Assembly (NCBI GenBank): GCA_046091725.1
Contig: JBJTCG010000103.1
Location: forward strand, 1,210 to 65,209
DNA length: 64,000 bases
Direction of reading: 5' to 3'
Origin: Flavobacteriales bacterium
GTDB lineage: Bacteria; Bacteroidota; Bacteroidia; Flavobacteriales_D; Crocinitomicaceae
Below, piece after piece: positions 20,024 to 29,825 of this stretch. A program made the translations under genes and the position numbers. Position 1 is the stretch's first letter; every line of letters starts with the position of its first letter. The notes beneath the pieces were generated by a model. It searched no databases and had not been told where the DNA came from. It saw only the letters and a program-made list of their open reading frames with translations.

Positions 20024-21262
20024 TCATTCATTGGTATCAAATACCAATTTAGAAATCTGGCTAGCATCGAAGTATTTGTTCGCCAACGCTTGCATTTCTT
20101 CACTACTGATTTTGTCAATGGACTGATGCATTTCAGCGATTGTATCTATTTGACCAAAAGCCAACATGCTTTTCCCTAAACCTTGCATGAGGCCAGAATT
20201 GACATCCATACCGAGTGCTAATTGGCCTTTAAACTGTCTTTTTGCTTGTAAGAGCTGCATGGCAGAAAGTGGTTTTTCTCGTAAAAGCGCCAATTCTTTG
20301 TAGATGAGTGTCAAGGTTTTATCAATATTTTTTGCCTCTGAACCAAAATATATTTGCCAATAGCCAGTATCTGCAAATGTATGATAATTGGCCTCTATGG
20401 CATACGCGTAGCCGTAGCGTTCACGTACTGATAAATTTAGGCGCGAATTGAGAGCGGGACCACCTAAAATATTAATGAGCAATGACATCGCAATCCGCTC
20501 TTCGTTGTGGTAACTTGGCGCCAAACCTCCAAGTACTGCATGTGCCTGATAATTCGCTTCTTTCTTGCGCAAATCAAAAGGCTTGTACTGGGTAAAAGCT
20601 ATTGGTTGCGTTCGGGTGGCTGTTTTGCGCAGTTCAGAGAGTGCTGCTTCTAATAATCCTTTGAGTTTCGGCAGCGGCATATTGCCAACAAAAGAAACAA
20701 CCAAGTTATCGGCTGTAAAATATTGTTCAACGTAGGCCAACAAATCTTCACGCGTAAAACCGGTGACGCTTTCTTTGGTACCGAGAATATTGAAGCCCAG
20801 CGGATGGTCTTTAAAGAGCGCATCGTCGAAGTCATCAAATATTTTGTCGCTCGGTGAATCTAGGTAAGAATTGATTTCATCGAGGATTACTTCTTTTTCT
20901 CGTTCCAATTCCTTTTCAGGGAAAACGGAGTTGATGGAAAGATCAGCAAGGAGGTCTATTGCTCTTTTGGTGTGCTCTTTGGAAAAAGAGGCGTACAGAC
21001 ACATTTCTTCTTTGGCGGTATAAGCATTGAGCTCGCCTCCTACAGCATCAATTCTGGAAAGAATTTGAAGCGCTTTAAAACGCGTCGTACCCTTGAAAAG
21101 GCAATGTTCAAGAAAGTGGGCTAGGCCCGTTTGGTGCGGTGCTTCGTGCCGGGAACCGGCAGCAAAGAAAAACCCGAGATGTGCCACCTGACTAGGCACA
21201 CGCAAGTAAACCAAGCGGGTTCCGTTTGAAAGGACTTCACAAAGTGGTTGGTATGCCCTCAT
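20024..21262 (-). CDS. M16 family (pitrilysin/insulinase-like) zinc peptidase
   Basis: Inverted zinc motif HFLEH (HxxEH) near the N-terminus; 412 aa. Confidence 0.85.
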   Translation of the reverse strand: MRAYQPLCEVLSNGTRLVYLRVPSQVAHLGFFFAAGSRHEAPHQTGLAHFLEHCLFKGTTRFKALQILSRIDAVGGELNAYTAKEEMCLYASFSKEHTKRAIDLLADLSINSVFPEKELEREKEVILDEINSYLDSPSDKIFDDFDDALFKDHPLGFNILGTKESVTGFTREDLLAYVEQYFTADNLVVSFVGNMPLPKLKGLLEAALSELRKTATRTQPIAFTQYKPFDLRKKEANYQAHAVLGGLAPSYHNEERIAMSLLINILGGPALNSRLNLSVRERYGYAYAIEANYHTFADTGYWQIYFGSEAKNIDKTLTLIYKELALLREKPLSAMQLLQAKRQFKGQLALGMDVNSGLMQGLGKSMLAFGQIDTIAEMHQSIDKISSEEMQALANKYFDASQISKLVFDTNE

Positions 21263-21907
21263 TTATGGATTGAGTAAATTAATTTCCCAGGTTCCTTGTT
21301 CCAAAGTAAAAGATTTTCGATCGTGCAAGCGAGAAGGTTGACCTTGCCAAAATTCAAAATAAGTCGGGTGAAGTGCGTATCCTCCCCAATGTGGCGGACG
21401 CGGAACCTCATTTGGATAAAGTTGATCGAAATGCTCAAAGCGTTTGATGAGCTCAGAACGATCAGCAAGCAAATTAGACTGTTCAGAAGCCCAAGCACCA
21501 ATTTGACTTTCTCGAGGGCGACTTGCAAAATAAGCATCACTCACTGCGGCATCTATCATTTGAACGCGGCCCTCAATGCGAATTTGACGCATGAGACCTG
21601 GCCAAAAAAACAACATAGCCACTTGTTCTTGACGGCTGATGTCCTGACCTTTATGACTCAGGTAATTGGTGTAAAAAATGAAGGCTTGATCTTGTAGCTC
21701 CTTAAGGTACAAGATTCTAGAGCTGATGCGAGCATTTTGACCAAGGGTACTGAGTACAAAAGCATTGGCTTCTTTTTCTTGAGCTGTTGCAGCAGTGTCA
21801 AACCAAGCAGAAAAAGCTAAAAAAGGATCCATGCCTAATGAATCGATTCCGGATGGATGATCGAAATCTGCATGGTTTTCTCGGTATGCTTTGAGCCACT
21901 CACTCAT
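21263..21907 (-). CDS. pdxH: Pyridoxamine 5'-phosphate oxidase
   Basis: RQIRIEGRV motif, YFASRPRESQIGAWASEQS motif, and C-terminal WGGY...FEFWQG..RLHDR. Confidence 0.92.
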   Translation of the reverse strand: MSEWLKAYRENHADFDHPSGIDSLGMDPFLAFSAWFDTAATAQEKEANAFVLSTLGQNARISSRILYLKELQDQAFIFYTNYLSHKGQDISRQEQVAMLFFWPGLMRQIRIEGRVQMIDAAVSDAYFASRPRESQIGAWASEQSNLLADRSELIKRFEHFDQLYPNEVPRPPHWGGYALHPTYFEFWQGQPSRLHDRKSFTLEQGTWEINLLNP

Positions 21908-21910
21908 CGC

Positions 21911-22540
21911 TTATTGGTCTTCGTGGTTGAGTTCTTCGTCGAGTTCATCCGCTGCACTTTCTGAATAATGATCTGTGATGGATGAATCTTGATTGTCGTC
22001 GAGGTCTTCGTCTGAGTCAGAGCCTGAAGCCGAGAATACTTGGCGAATTGGGGTATGCATTGGTTCTTCCTCGATGATAGGTAATTTTTTAGCAGCTGGT
22101 GACTGCACATCTTCTTCACGGTACGGGAAGATTTCAACGATTGGAGAAGCTGTAATGGATACCACATTGAAGTCAATCATGAGGGTCGCTAAACTTTCTT
22201 CAATGCGCTCGTAGGCTTCTTTGACATGAGCAGCACCCACGAGGAAATTCTGAGAAATAGTTTTGGCTTTCTCGCCGTCTTCATCGATGCGGTCATAGGT
22301 TACTTTACACTTAAACCATTGTTCTGCGTCGTCGTATTGAAAAATATCGTGGAGATCTGTGCGTGCAATGCCTGTTACCTGAAATTCTCCTCTGATGCTC
22401 GACCCGAGTTCTTCATAGATACGTGCTTCGGCATCTGTAAATGTCATGGCTGCTAGTAAATAGGGCTCTGAAACTCTTTTGAAAGTTCCGTTTTCTAATT
22501 GTTTTGTGTACTTAACCTTGACGGTAAACCAACTGTTCAT
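21911..22540 (-). CDS. DUF4494-like protein with a long acidic C-terminal tail
   Basis: N-terminus WFTVKVKYTKQLENGTFKRVSEPYLLAAMTFTDAEARIYEEL resembles the Bacteroidetes DUF4494 family. The last 60 aa or so are rich in D, E and S. Start set at ATG 22540 because a TATCTTTG box lies inside the longer ORF. Confidence 0.6.
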   Translation of the reverse strand: MNSWFTVKVKYTKQLENGTFKRVSEPYLLAAMTFTDAEARIYEELGSSIRGEFQVTGIARTDLHDIFQYDDAEQWFKCKVTYDRIDEDGEKAKTISQNFLVGAAHVKEAYERIEESLATLMIDFNVVSITASPIVEIFPYREEDVQSPAAKKLPIIEEEPMHTPIRQVFSASGSDSDEDLDDNQDSSITDHYSESAADELDEELNHEDQ

Positions 22541-22559
22541 GCGTGTAAATTTAGGAGTA

Positions 22560-22567
22560 CAAAGATA
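22560..22567 (-). promoter_or_regulatory. -7 type promoter box TATCTTTG upstream of the DUF4494 gene
   Basis: Exact TAnnTTTG match, 19 nt upstream of ATG 22540. Confidence 0.45.
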
Positions 22568-22589
22568 ACACGCTTCGAGCAATTAATCG

Positions 22590-23060
22590 CTACTTCATGA
22601 AGCCAAAAGGCAATAAGTCTTTGCAAGTATTTAAAATAAAAATTTGGCCGTTATTTTGAACCAACAATACCCGAATGGGGCTTGCCTGCCTCGCTTCACT
22701 TTCGAGCATAACTTGTCTGCAAGATCCGCAAGGCGAAACGGCATTTTCTGCTGCAATAAGATCTCCCTGCACCACAATACAAATGGATTCAATGGCAAGA
22801 TCAGGAAAACTAGCACCGGCATAAAATAATGCTACCCTTTCGGCACAAAGACCCGAAGGATAGGCGATATTCTCTTGATTATTGCCTTCAATGAGTTGTC
22901 CGTTCCCAAGGCGCAAAGCTGCACCCACTTGAAAGCGAGAATAAGGCGCATAAGCACGAGATCTTGCCGTTTTTGCCGCACTAACTAATTGCTGATCAGC
23001 GGCATCAAGCTCTTTTTCAGATGAAACAACGCTATATCGAAGTGTAAACTCTTGATCCAT
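22590..23060 (-). CDS. cdd: Cytidine deaminase
   Basis: Zinc-binding motifs CAERVALF and PCGSCRQVM. Confidence 0.9.
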   Translation of the reverse strand: MDQEFTLRYSVVSSEKELDAADQQLVSAAKTARSRAYAPYSRFQVGAALRLGNGQLIEGNNQENIAYPSGLCAERVALFYAGASFPDLAIESICIVVQGDLIAAENAVSPCGSCRQVMLESEARQASPIRVLLVQNNGQIFILNTCKDLLPFGFMK

Positions 23061-23164
23061 AGAGGCATTTATACGCCTTAACGCTTATTTGGTTTCAGTA
23101 AATTTATTTATTTCGAAGGGTGAAAAAACCCGCTTTTTTCGGTAAATTCGCCTTTTACAATTTT

Positions 23165-23767
23165 ATGGATACTAATAAAGCAAAAGCTTCGTACGGCGTA
23201 GGCATGAGCATCGCAGAGAGCCTCTCTCAACAAGACCTCACTGTACTTGACCTCGATCAAGTAATGGCAGGCATGAACGCCATTTTCAGCGGAACCGAGC
23301 CATTACTCAGCCCTGAAGAAGCCAATATTGAAATTCAACAATACCTGAATGCGCAAAAAGCACTGAAATACGAAGCAAATAAGCAAGCTGGGGCTGCATT
23401 TCTCAATGAAAATGCACAACGCCCTGAGGTAACTACAACTGAAAGCGGCTTGCAGTTTGAAGTTTTACAAGAAGGTAACGGTGCAAAACCAGGTCCAACT
23501 AGCCAAGTTACTGTACATTACCACGGTACCCTCATCGACGGAACGGTCTTTGACAGCTCCATTCAAAGAGGCGCACCTGCTACATTTGGCGTCAACCAAG
23601 TTATTCGTGGCTGGACAGAAGCGCTTCAACTCATGAACGTTGGTGCAAAATACAGACTCAGCATTCCCGAAGACCTCGCATACGGAGCAAATCCGCATCC
23701 AGGCGGAGCCATTCAACCATACAGCGCACTTATTTTTGACGTAGAACTTATCGACATTGCCTCATGA
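23165..23767 (+). CDS. FKBP-type peptidyl-prolyl cis-trans isomerase (FklB/FkpA-like)
   Basis: C-terminal FKBP domain VTVHYHGTLIDGTVFDSS...VIRGWTEALQLM...PPYGAL-like. The GTG at 23120 is an alternative start. Confidence 0.9.
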   Translation: MDTNKAKASYGVGMSIAESLSQQDLTVLDLDQVMAGMNAIFSGTEPLLSPEEANIEIQQYLNAQKALKYEANKQAGAAFLNENAQRPEVTTTESGLQFEVLQEGNGAKPGPTSQVTVHYHGTLIDGTVFDSSIQRGAPATFGVNQVIRGWTEALQLMNVGAKYRLSIPEDLAYGANPHPGGAIQPYSALIFDVELIDIAS

Positions 23768-24696
23768 GAATTTTAGCATTATTTACCCTAATTTTAGTTT
23801 TGGCTTCTTGTGGAGACAACGTTGTTACCTTCAAGACAGACAAAGAACGCTATTCATATCTACTCGGTGTAGAAATCGCCAAACCTTTTACCACGCAAGC
23901 ACCATTTAATCAACTCGATAAAGAACAAATGATTGCTGGCTTTGAAAATCCGGTAAAAGAAAGTGAAATGGAACGCTACTACAAAGACCTCGAGCTTGTT
24001 TTAGGTCAAGGTGGTAAAACCATCAATGAAAAATTCAAAGAAAAGGGATCTTTTGCCGCCGGTAAAATCAACCGCGAACGTTTCGATCATTACTTCCAAG
24101 AACTCGATGCAAGCGCCCTGATCAACAACGAATTTGTTAAAAAGGGATTTGCCGATGGCCTCAATAAAAAGGAAACTGAAGCGCTTAAAGGCCTAGATCG
24201 CAAAAAAATCATGGCTGGTTTTGAGGCACTCATGAATCAAAAATATCAAAAAATTACCGCTGGCTTTAAAGCAGAAGGTGAAGCCTTTATGGCCCAAAAC
24301 AAAACTAAACCAGGTGTAATTACTACCCCAAGCGGCTTGCAATACATTGTCATGACCCCTGGAAAGGGTCCTAAACCTGGCCGCGACGCCCGCGTCAAAA
24401 TGAAATATGTAGGCATGAACCCTGACGGCAGCATTTTTGACCAATCACCAGAAGGTGAGGGTGTGAGCTTTGGCCTCAACGAAGTAATTCCGGGTTGGAC
24501 AGAAGCCATTCAACTCATGCAAGTTGGTAGTAAAATCAAGCTTTTTGTACCACAAGATTTAGGCTATGCCGGAAACCCTCCGCAAGGAGCCAATATCAAA
24601 CCTTATTCTCCATTGGTTTTTGAAATGGAATTGATTGCCATTGAAAAAGCAGTAGCTCCGAGCACTCCATTGCCTGCTCAAGGTATCAATCCTTAA
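23764..24696 (+). CDS. FKBP-type peptidyl-prolyl isomerase, lipoprotein form
   Basis: Lipobox LVLASC and a C-terminal FKBP domain (VIPGWTEAIQLMQVGSK). It is a tandem paralog of the preceding gene and overlaps it as ATGA. Confidence 0.85.
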   Translation: MRILALFTLILVLASCGDNVVTFKTDKERYSYLLGVEIAKPFTTQAPFNQLDKEQMIAGFENPVKESEMERYYKDLELVLGQGGKTINEKFKEKGSFAAGKINRERFDHYFQELDASALINNEFVKKGFADGLNKKETEALKGLDRKKIMAGFEALMNQKYQKITAGFKAEGEAFMAQNKTKPGVITTPSGLQYIVMTPGKGPKPGRDARVKMKYVGMNPDGSIFDQSPEGEGVSFGLNEVIPGWTEAIQLMQVGSKIKLFVPQDLGYAGNPPQGANIKPYSPLVFEMELIAIEKAVAPSTPLPAQGINP

Positions 24697-24717
24697 TTCA
24701 CTAAACATTTGAACCAC

Positions 24718-25854
24718 ATGATCAAATATTTTGCGCTTCTTATTTTGTTTGTAGTTGGCCTTAGCGCTTGTGAAGATGACATCAAACTCGATGGCGATTT
24801 TGTTGAAACTGCAGTTGTTTATGGTCTATTAGACCAAGCAGATTCAATTCACTTCATAAAAATCACTAGAGCATTTATTGGCCCAGGGTCAGCGCTAGAT
24901 AACGCACTCATCCCGGACTCAAGCTATTTTGATCAAGTGGAGGCAACTGTTTCTGAAGTGGTTAACGGTCAGGTAACACGCACCTGGACACTTCAAGACA
25001 CCATTGTTCAGGATAAAGATACCAACGGTGTTTTCTATGGCCCTGAGCAAAAAGCCTATTACTTCAAAACACTACCTACAGGGCCTCTTGAAGCCATACA
25101 AACCTCAAGCAACCCCCTGCTAAGTTCACTCAAACCTACCGCCACTTACCGTTTCAAGGCCATCATCAATGGCGGAGAATTTGAAGTGAGTGGAGAAACC
25201 GATTTGGTACACGGAATGACCTCCCCTTCTGTTTCTCAAAACTTTACCCTCAAATTTGCAATGGATCCTGGTATTTATATCCCAAGTGCCATAGCCATTT
25301 CTAATACAGGCAATGCCTACATTGCAAGTACACATCTCGACGTATTGTTCAACGAGCACCGAGGTGCCCTTAAAACAGAAAAATCATTTCGATGGAAACT
25401 CGGCGAGGCCAATGTAGAACCCTACAACTCACGCACATTTACAGCATCAGGGCAAACATTTTTTGACCTCATCAAATCCAACGCTACTGCCGATCAAACT
25501 ATTGATAAGCGTACTTTTCAAGGTTTCAGAATTATCATAGCCGGTGGCGCTGAAGATTTATACAACTACATGGCCGTCAATAAACCGAGTTCGAGCTTGG
25601 CACAGAGTAAACCTACCTACACTAATTTAAATGTCACAAATGGCAGGCGTGTGGTTGGTATCTTTTCTTCAAGACAAACTGTAACCTATTACAAGCCATT
25701 TTACACGTCTCCACAACAAGCGTACATACGTGCTATCGATAAAAAAACGACACGCGAATTATGCAGCGGCCCCATCACCGGTAATTTACTCTTTTGTTCG
25801 AATCATCCCGGAGATAACGTTGTAGGGCAAGAAGAATCTTTTGCCTGTAATTAA
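24718..25854 (+). CDS. Hypothetical lipoprotein
   Basis: Signal peptide with lipobox (VVGLSAC). I recognise no catalytic motif. The C-terminus is Cys-containing (CSGPITGNLLFCSNHPG...FACN). Confidence 0.6.
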   Translation: MIKYFALLILFVVGLSACEDDIKLDGDFVETAVVYGLLDQADSIHFIKITRAFIGPGSALDNALIPDSSYFDQVEATVSEVVNGQVTRTWTLQDTIVQDKDTNGVFYGPEQKAYYFKTLPTGPLEAIQTSSNPLLSSLKPTATYRFKAIINGGEFEVSGETDLVHGMTSPSVSQNFTLKFAMDPGIYIPSAIAISNTGNAYIASTHLDVLFNEHRGALKTEKSFRWKLGEANVEPYNSRTFTASGQTFFDLIKSNATADQTIDKRTFQGFRIIIAGGAEDLYNYMAVNKPSSSLAQSKPTYTNLNVTNGRRVVGIFSSRQTVTYYKPFYTSPQQAYIRAIDKKTTRELCSGPITGNLLFCSNHPGDNVVGQEESFACN

Positions 25855-25859
25855 AAACA

Positions 25860-28346
25860 ATGACTGAGCGCGAGACTTTCTTTGCCGATGTCTTGTTGCC
25901 TGTCCCGATGAGACAGGTTTTCACTTACCGTATTCCGTTTGAACTCAATGAACAGACCCGTAGTGGCTTAAGAGTTTTGGTGCCATTTGGTAAAAACAAA
26001 CTTCTTACCGGAATTATCACCAACGTACATCAACAGGTACCTCAGGGTTATCAAGCCAAATACATCGATACTTTACTAGACGAGCAGCCAATTATTACAG
26101 GTAAGCAACTCGCCTTTTGGGACTGGATCAGCACCTACTATATGGCTCCGTTAGGAGATGTCATGAACGCAGCTCTACCCGCAAACTTCAAATTAGCGAG
26201 CGAATCAAAATTTTGTTTACACCCTGATCGTCCAAATCAAGACTCGTTTCAATTAGCTAAAAGAGAACTTGAAATACTCGATATTTTACATATCAATGAA
26301 AATTGCAGTGCCAAAGAGCTTTCTGAGTCATTAGGCATTAAAACCATTCAGCCCTATCTTAAAAACCTCTTAGAATACAAGTTGATCGCGAGTTCTGAAG
26401 AAGTACGCGAACGCTATACCCCAAAAACACAACTTTTCGTTTTTCTAAACACTGCTTTTCAACAAGAGGATGCCTTGAGCACGCTGCTCAATACATTTGA
26501 GCAAAAATCAAGAACTGAAAAGCAAGTACAGGCCATCCTTCAGTTCATTCAGTTAGCTGCTGAAGCAGGTGGTTTACACGCGCCTGTCTCTAAAAGCTTA
26601 CTTCTTAAATACGACGTTAGCCCCTCAGCTATCAATACCCTTGAAAAGCAAGGAATATTCGAAGTAGAAAGACTACAAATCGATCGTTTTGATGCCCTAC
26701 CTGAAGACACAGCTGCTTTCAAAGCCTTAACCGAAATACAGCAAGACGCCCTGACCAACATCGAAACTGGTTTCCAGCAAAAAGACGTGTGTTTGCTTCA
26801 TGGTGTCACCGGATCTGGAAAAACTGAAGTCTATGTGCAGCTGATTCAACAGTACCTCGACCTCGGTAAACAAGTTTTATTTCTCATCCCTGAAATTGCG
26901 CTTACCACGCAGCTAATCAGTCGTTTGCAAAAATACTTTGGGCAGATGGTTGGCGTATATCACAGCAGGTTTAACCAAAATGAACGCGTAGAGATTTGGA
27001 ATCATGTCTTGAACAATGACCTCCAAAAGTTCAGAATAATTGTGGGTGCCAGAAGTTCTGTTTTTCTACCATTTGTTGATCTTGGGTTGGTTATCGTAGA
27101 CGAAGAACACGAGGCATCTTTCAAACAATATGACCCTTCACCGCGCTACAACGCCCGTGATGCCGCTATTGTTTTGGCCAAATTACACGAGGCAAAAGTG
27201 CTGTTAGGCTCGGCAACACCATCCATTGAGTCTTATTATAATGCCCTTCATGAAAAATATCATTTAGTTCAGTTGCAAGAGCGGTACAAAGGATTGCAAT
27301 TACCATCCATGATTTGTGCCGACCTAAAAAGGGAGAAAAAGCTCAAAAACATGCAATCACATTTCTCCTCACTTTTATTGGATGAAATGCGCAATGTGCT
27401 CGAGAAAAAAGAACAAATCATTTTGTTTCAGAATAGAAGAGGGTACACGCCAATATGGTCCTGTGAAGTTTGCTCCTGGACCCCTCGCTGTCAGCATTGC
27501 GATGTCAGCCTGACCTACCATAAGCACAGCAATATGCTCAAGTGTCATTATTGCAGTTATACCATACCGCCTATTGGTTCCTGTACAGCTTGTGGAAGCA
27601 ACCGCTTGCGCATGATCGGTTTTGGAACTGAAAAAATTGAAGATGAATTACAACTTATTTTTCCGAATGCCATCTTCAAACGAATGGATCTTGATAGTAC
27701 CCGATCCAAACATGCTTATGAGGAAATAATTGACGATTTTTCGCAACGCCGCATAGATGTTTTAATTGGTACACAAATGGTTACCAAAGGCCTTGATTTT
27801 GACCACGTATCATTAGTTGGCATTCTGGATGCCGACATGTTGCTCAATCGGCCCGATTTCAGGGCTTATGAACGGGCATATCAATTGATGTCTCAGGTAG
27901 CAGGTAGGGCTGGTCGCAAAGAAAAACAAGGCAAAGTTATCATTCAAAGTGCGCAGGCCGAACATTGGGTACTCGAGCGCGTAATGGCACACGACTTCAC
28001 AGGATTCTATGACGTAGAGATCGATGAACGAGAGCGCTTTTTTTATCCGCCATTTTACAAAATTGTTCAACTGACGCTTAAACACGAAAAGGAAGAATTG
28101 GCCAGTGAAGGTGCCCAATATTTAGCCGATCATCTCAGAAATATCTTCAAAGAACGCGTTTTAGGGCCAGAGTTTCCTATTGTGAAACGCATTCAAAATA
28201 AATACCTCAAAGAAATCAAACTGAAAATTGAACGCGGTGCACCTGATAAAAAAGTAAAAGCGCGCATTTTGCAAGACCTCGATTTATTTTATCAAAACGT
28301 TCGTTTCAAAGGCATTCAAATCAGCATCGACGTAGATCCGATGTAA
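25860..28346 (+). CDS. priA: Primosomal replication restart helicase PriA
   Basis: Walker A motif GVTGSGKTEV, a DEEH box, and the Cys-rich zinc-binding insertion (CEVCSW..CQHC...CHYC...CTACGS). Confidence 0.95.
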   Translation: MTERETFFADVLLPVPMRQVFTYRIPFELNEQTRSGLRVLVPFGKNKLLTGIITNVHQQVPQGYQAKYIDTLLDEQPIITGKQLAFWDWISTYYMAPLGDVMNAALPANFKLASESKFCLHPDRPNQDSFQLAKRELEILDILHINENCSAKELSESLGIKTIQPYLKNLLEYKLIASSEEVRERYTPKTQLFVFLNTAFQQEDALSTLLNTFEQKSRTEKQVQAILQFIQLAAEAGGLHAPVSKSLLLKYDVSPSAINTLEKQGIFEVERLQIDRFDALPEDTAAFKALTEIQQDALTNIETGFQQKDVCLLHGVTGSGKTEVYVQLIQQYLDLGKQVLFLIPEIALTTQLISRLQKYFGQMVGVYHSRFNQNERVEIWNHVLNNDLQKFRIIVGARSSVFLPFVDLGLVIVDEEHEASFKQYDPSPRYNARDAAIVLAKLHEAKVLLGSATPSIESYYNALHEKYHLVQLQERYKGLQLPSMICADLKREKKLKNMQSHFSSLLLDEMRNVLEKKEQIILFQNRRGYTPIWSCEVCSWTPRCQHCDVSLTYHKHSNMLKCHYCSYTIPPIGSCTACGSNRLRMIGFGTEKIEDELQLIFPNAIFKRMDLDSTRSKHAYEEIIDDFSQRRIDVLIGTQMVTKGLDFDHVSLVGILDADMLLNRPDFRAYERAYQLMSQVAGRAGRKEKQGKVIIQSAQAEHWVLERVMAHDFTGFYDVEIDERERFFYPPFYKIVQLTLKHEKEELASEGAQYLADHLRNIFKERVLGPEFPIVKRIQNKYLKEIKLKIERGAPDKKVKARILQDLDLFYQNVRFKGIQISIDVDPM

Positions 28347-28349
28347 AAC

Positions 28350-28378
28350 AAAAAAGGAACCTTGCGGTTCCTTTTTTT
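28350..28378. terminator. Bidirectional intrinsic terminator between priA and rpoD
   Basis: GGAACC-ttgc-GGTTCC hairpin flanked by an A-run on the left and a T-run on the right. It sits between convergent genes. Confidence 0.8.
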
Positions 28379-28379
28379 A

Positions 28380-29249
28380 TTATCCGAGGTAGCTCTTGAG
28401 TACCTTGTTTTTGTTAGTGTGTTTGAGGCGGCGGATGGCTTTCTCTTTGATTTGGCGAACGCGCTCACGGGTGAGGTCGAATTTGTCACCAATTTCTTCG
28501 AGTGATAACGGTGCTTTGCCATCAAGACCATAGAACATACTGATTACTTCGCTTTCGCGTGGTGTAAGACTTGTTAATGAACGGCGAATATCTGAACGCA
28601 ATGATTCAAGTGTAAGATTTGCCTCAGGGCCAGGAAGTGAATCACCTTGCATGACGTCATACATGGTAGATGTTGATTCATCTCCTTCGATTAGCGGTGC
28701 ATCCATTGAAATATGGCGACCATTTTGCGAAAGCGTTTGCTTGACCTCCTCAGGAGTCACGTTTAAGAACTCAGCTAATTCGTCTGCTGAAGGCGGACGC
28801 TCTAGTTTTTGCTCGAGTTCAGAGTATGCTCTGTTGATTTTATTGATATTGCCAATTTTATTCAAAGGCAAACGTACGATACGCGCTTGTTCTGCCAATG
28901 CTTGTAAGATTGACTGACGAATCCACCAAACGGCATATGAAATGAACTTAAAACCTCTGGTTTCATCAAAGCGTTCTGCTGCTTTAATGAGGCCTAAATT
29001 TCCTTCATTGATCAAATCAGGCAAAGCCAAACCTTGATTTTGATACTGCTTGGCAACTGACACCACGAAACGAAGGTTTGCTTTTGTCAAACGCTCGAGC
29101 GCAATGCGGTCTCCTGCTTTGATTTTACGAGCAAGCTCTACTTCTTCATCGGCGGTAATCAAATCTACACGACCAATTTCTTGTAAATACTTGTCTAAGG
29201 ATGCGGTCTCTCTGTTGGTGACCTGTTTTGCGATTTTTAACTGCCTCAT
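28380..29249 (-). CDS. rpoD: Primary RNA polymerase sigma factor (short Bacteroidetes RpoD/SigA type)
   Basis: Starts [14 protein letters not shown], as in Bacteroidetes sigma A. It has region 2 ([34 protein letters not shown]) and region 4 ([22 protein letters not shown]). Confidence 0.92.
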   Translation of the reverse strand: MRQLKIAKQVTNRETASLDKYLQEIGRVDLITADEEVELARKIKAGDRIALERLTKANLRFVVSVAKQYQNQGLALPDLINEGNLGLIKAAERFDETRGFKFISYAVWWIRQSILQALAEQARIVRLPLNKIGNINKINRAYSELEQKLERPPSADELAEFLNVTPEEVKQTLSQNGRHISMDAPLIEGDESTSTMYDVMQGDSLPGPEANLTLESLRSDIRRSLTSLTPRESEVISMFYGLDGKAPLSLEEIGDKFDLTRERVRQIKEKAIRRLKHTNKNKVLKSYLG

Positions 29250-29462
29250 AATTTTTAATTGCCTTTGCTTGTACTGATAAAACGCAGAAAGGTTCGACTT
29301 CAACGCATTTTTTTTTCATGCGTTACAATGTTTTGAGCAAAAAGCCTGATTTACTGCATATTTTACGGAGTTCACCGAATAAAAAAAGATAAATAGAGGA
29401 CGAAATAAGCGTTCGAACTATACCATCCACGACTATAAAACTTCATTACACGTTTTGTTCTT

Positions 29463-29825
29463 ATGAATTTTACAGAGGAGAAACGTTTTTGTCTAGAGTG
29501 CGGACATGTTTTACATGGGCGACGCGATCAAAAATATTGTTCCGACTATTGTCGCAATGCATGCAACAACCGAAATAATGCACTGCTCAATTATAAAAAT
29601 CGAAAAATCAACAGGATATTGCATGCCAACAAACTGATCTTACTAGCACTCTACCAAGAAAAACGAAACAGGCATCACATTCAAAAGTTTTATGACAAAG
29701 GATTTCAGTTCGAATATCACACACATTCTAAAATTTCGAAATTAGGTCAGACCATCCACTACTGTTATGATTATGGCTATCTTCGAATACAAGAAGATAT
29801 CTATTTGATTATACATGAGGAGTAA
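29463..29825 (+). CDS. Hypothetical small protein with N-terminal zinc-ribbon-like Cys motif
   Basis: The motif is CLECG-x13-C-x3-C. I do not recognise the remainder. Confidence 0.5.
   Translation: MNFTEEKRFCLECGHVLHGRRDQKYCSDYCRNACNNRNNALLNYKNRKINRILHANKLILLALYQEKRNRHHIQKFYDKGFQFEYHTHSKISKLGQTIHYCYDYGYLRIQEDIYLIIHEE

Noticed and set aside
21259-22214. Several 73-133 aa ORFs in alternative frames or on the opposite strand over pdxH and the DUF4494 gene (21259-21540, 21296-21697, 21904-22176, 21993-22214).
   Set aside because: All lie inside well-supported genes. They have no recognisable motifs and no promoter box or coupling signals of their own. I treat them as chance open frames.
23165-24696. 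Two adjacent FKBP-type isomerase genes, considered as a possible novel pair or system with the downstream lipoprotein.
   Set aside because: These are ordinary tandem paralogs, one soluble or periplasmic and one lipoprotein form, of the kind common in Bacteroidetes. Nothing in the sequence links them functionally to the lipoprotein beyond adjacency.
29302-29324. A hairpin AACGCAT-(T8C loop)-ATGCGTT, 53 nt upstream of the rpoD start. On the rpoD strand the loop is A-rich.
   Set aside because: It is a 7-bp stem seen in sequence. I could not locate a TAnnTTTG box or otherwise place the rpoD transcription start, so it is unclear whether the hairpin is even transcribed. That is too little evidence to call it a regulatory element.
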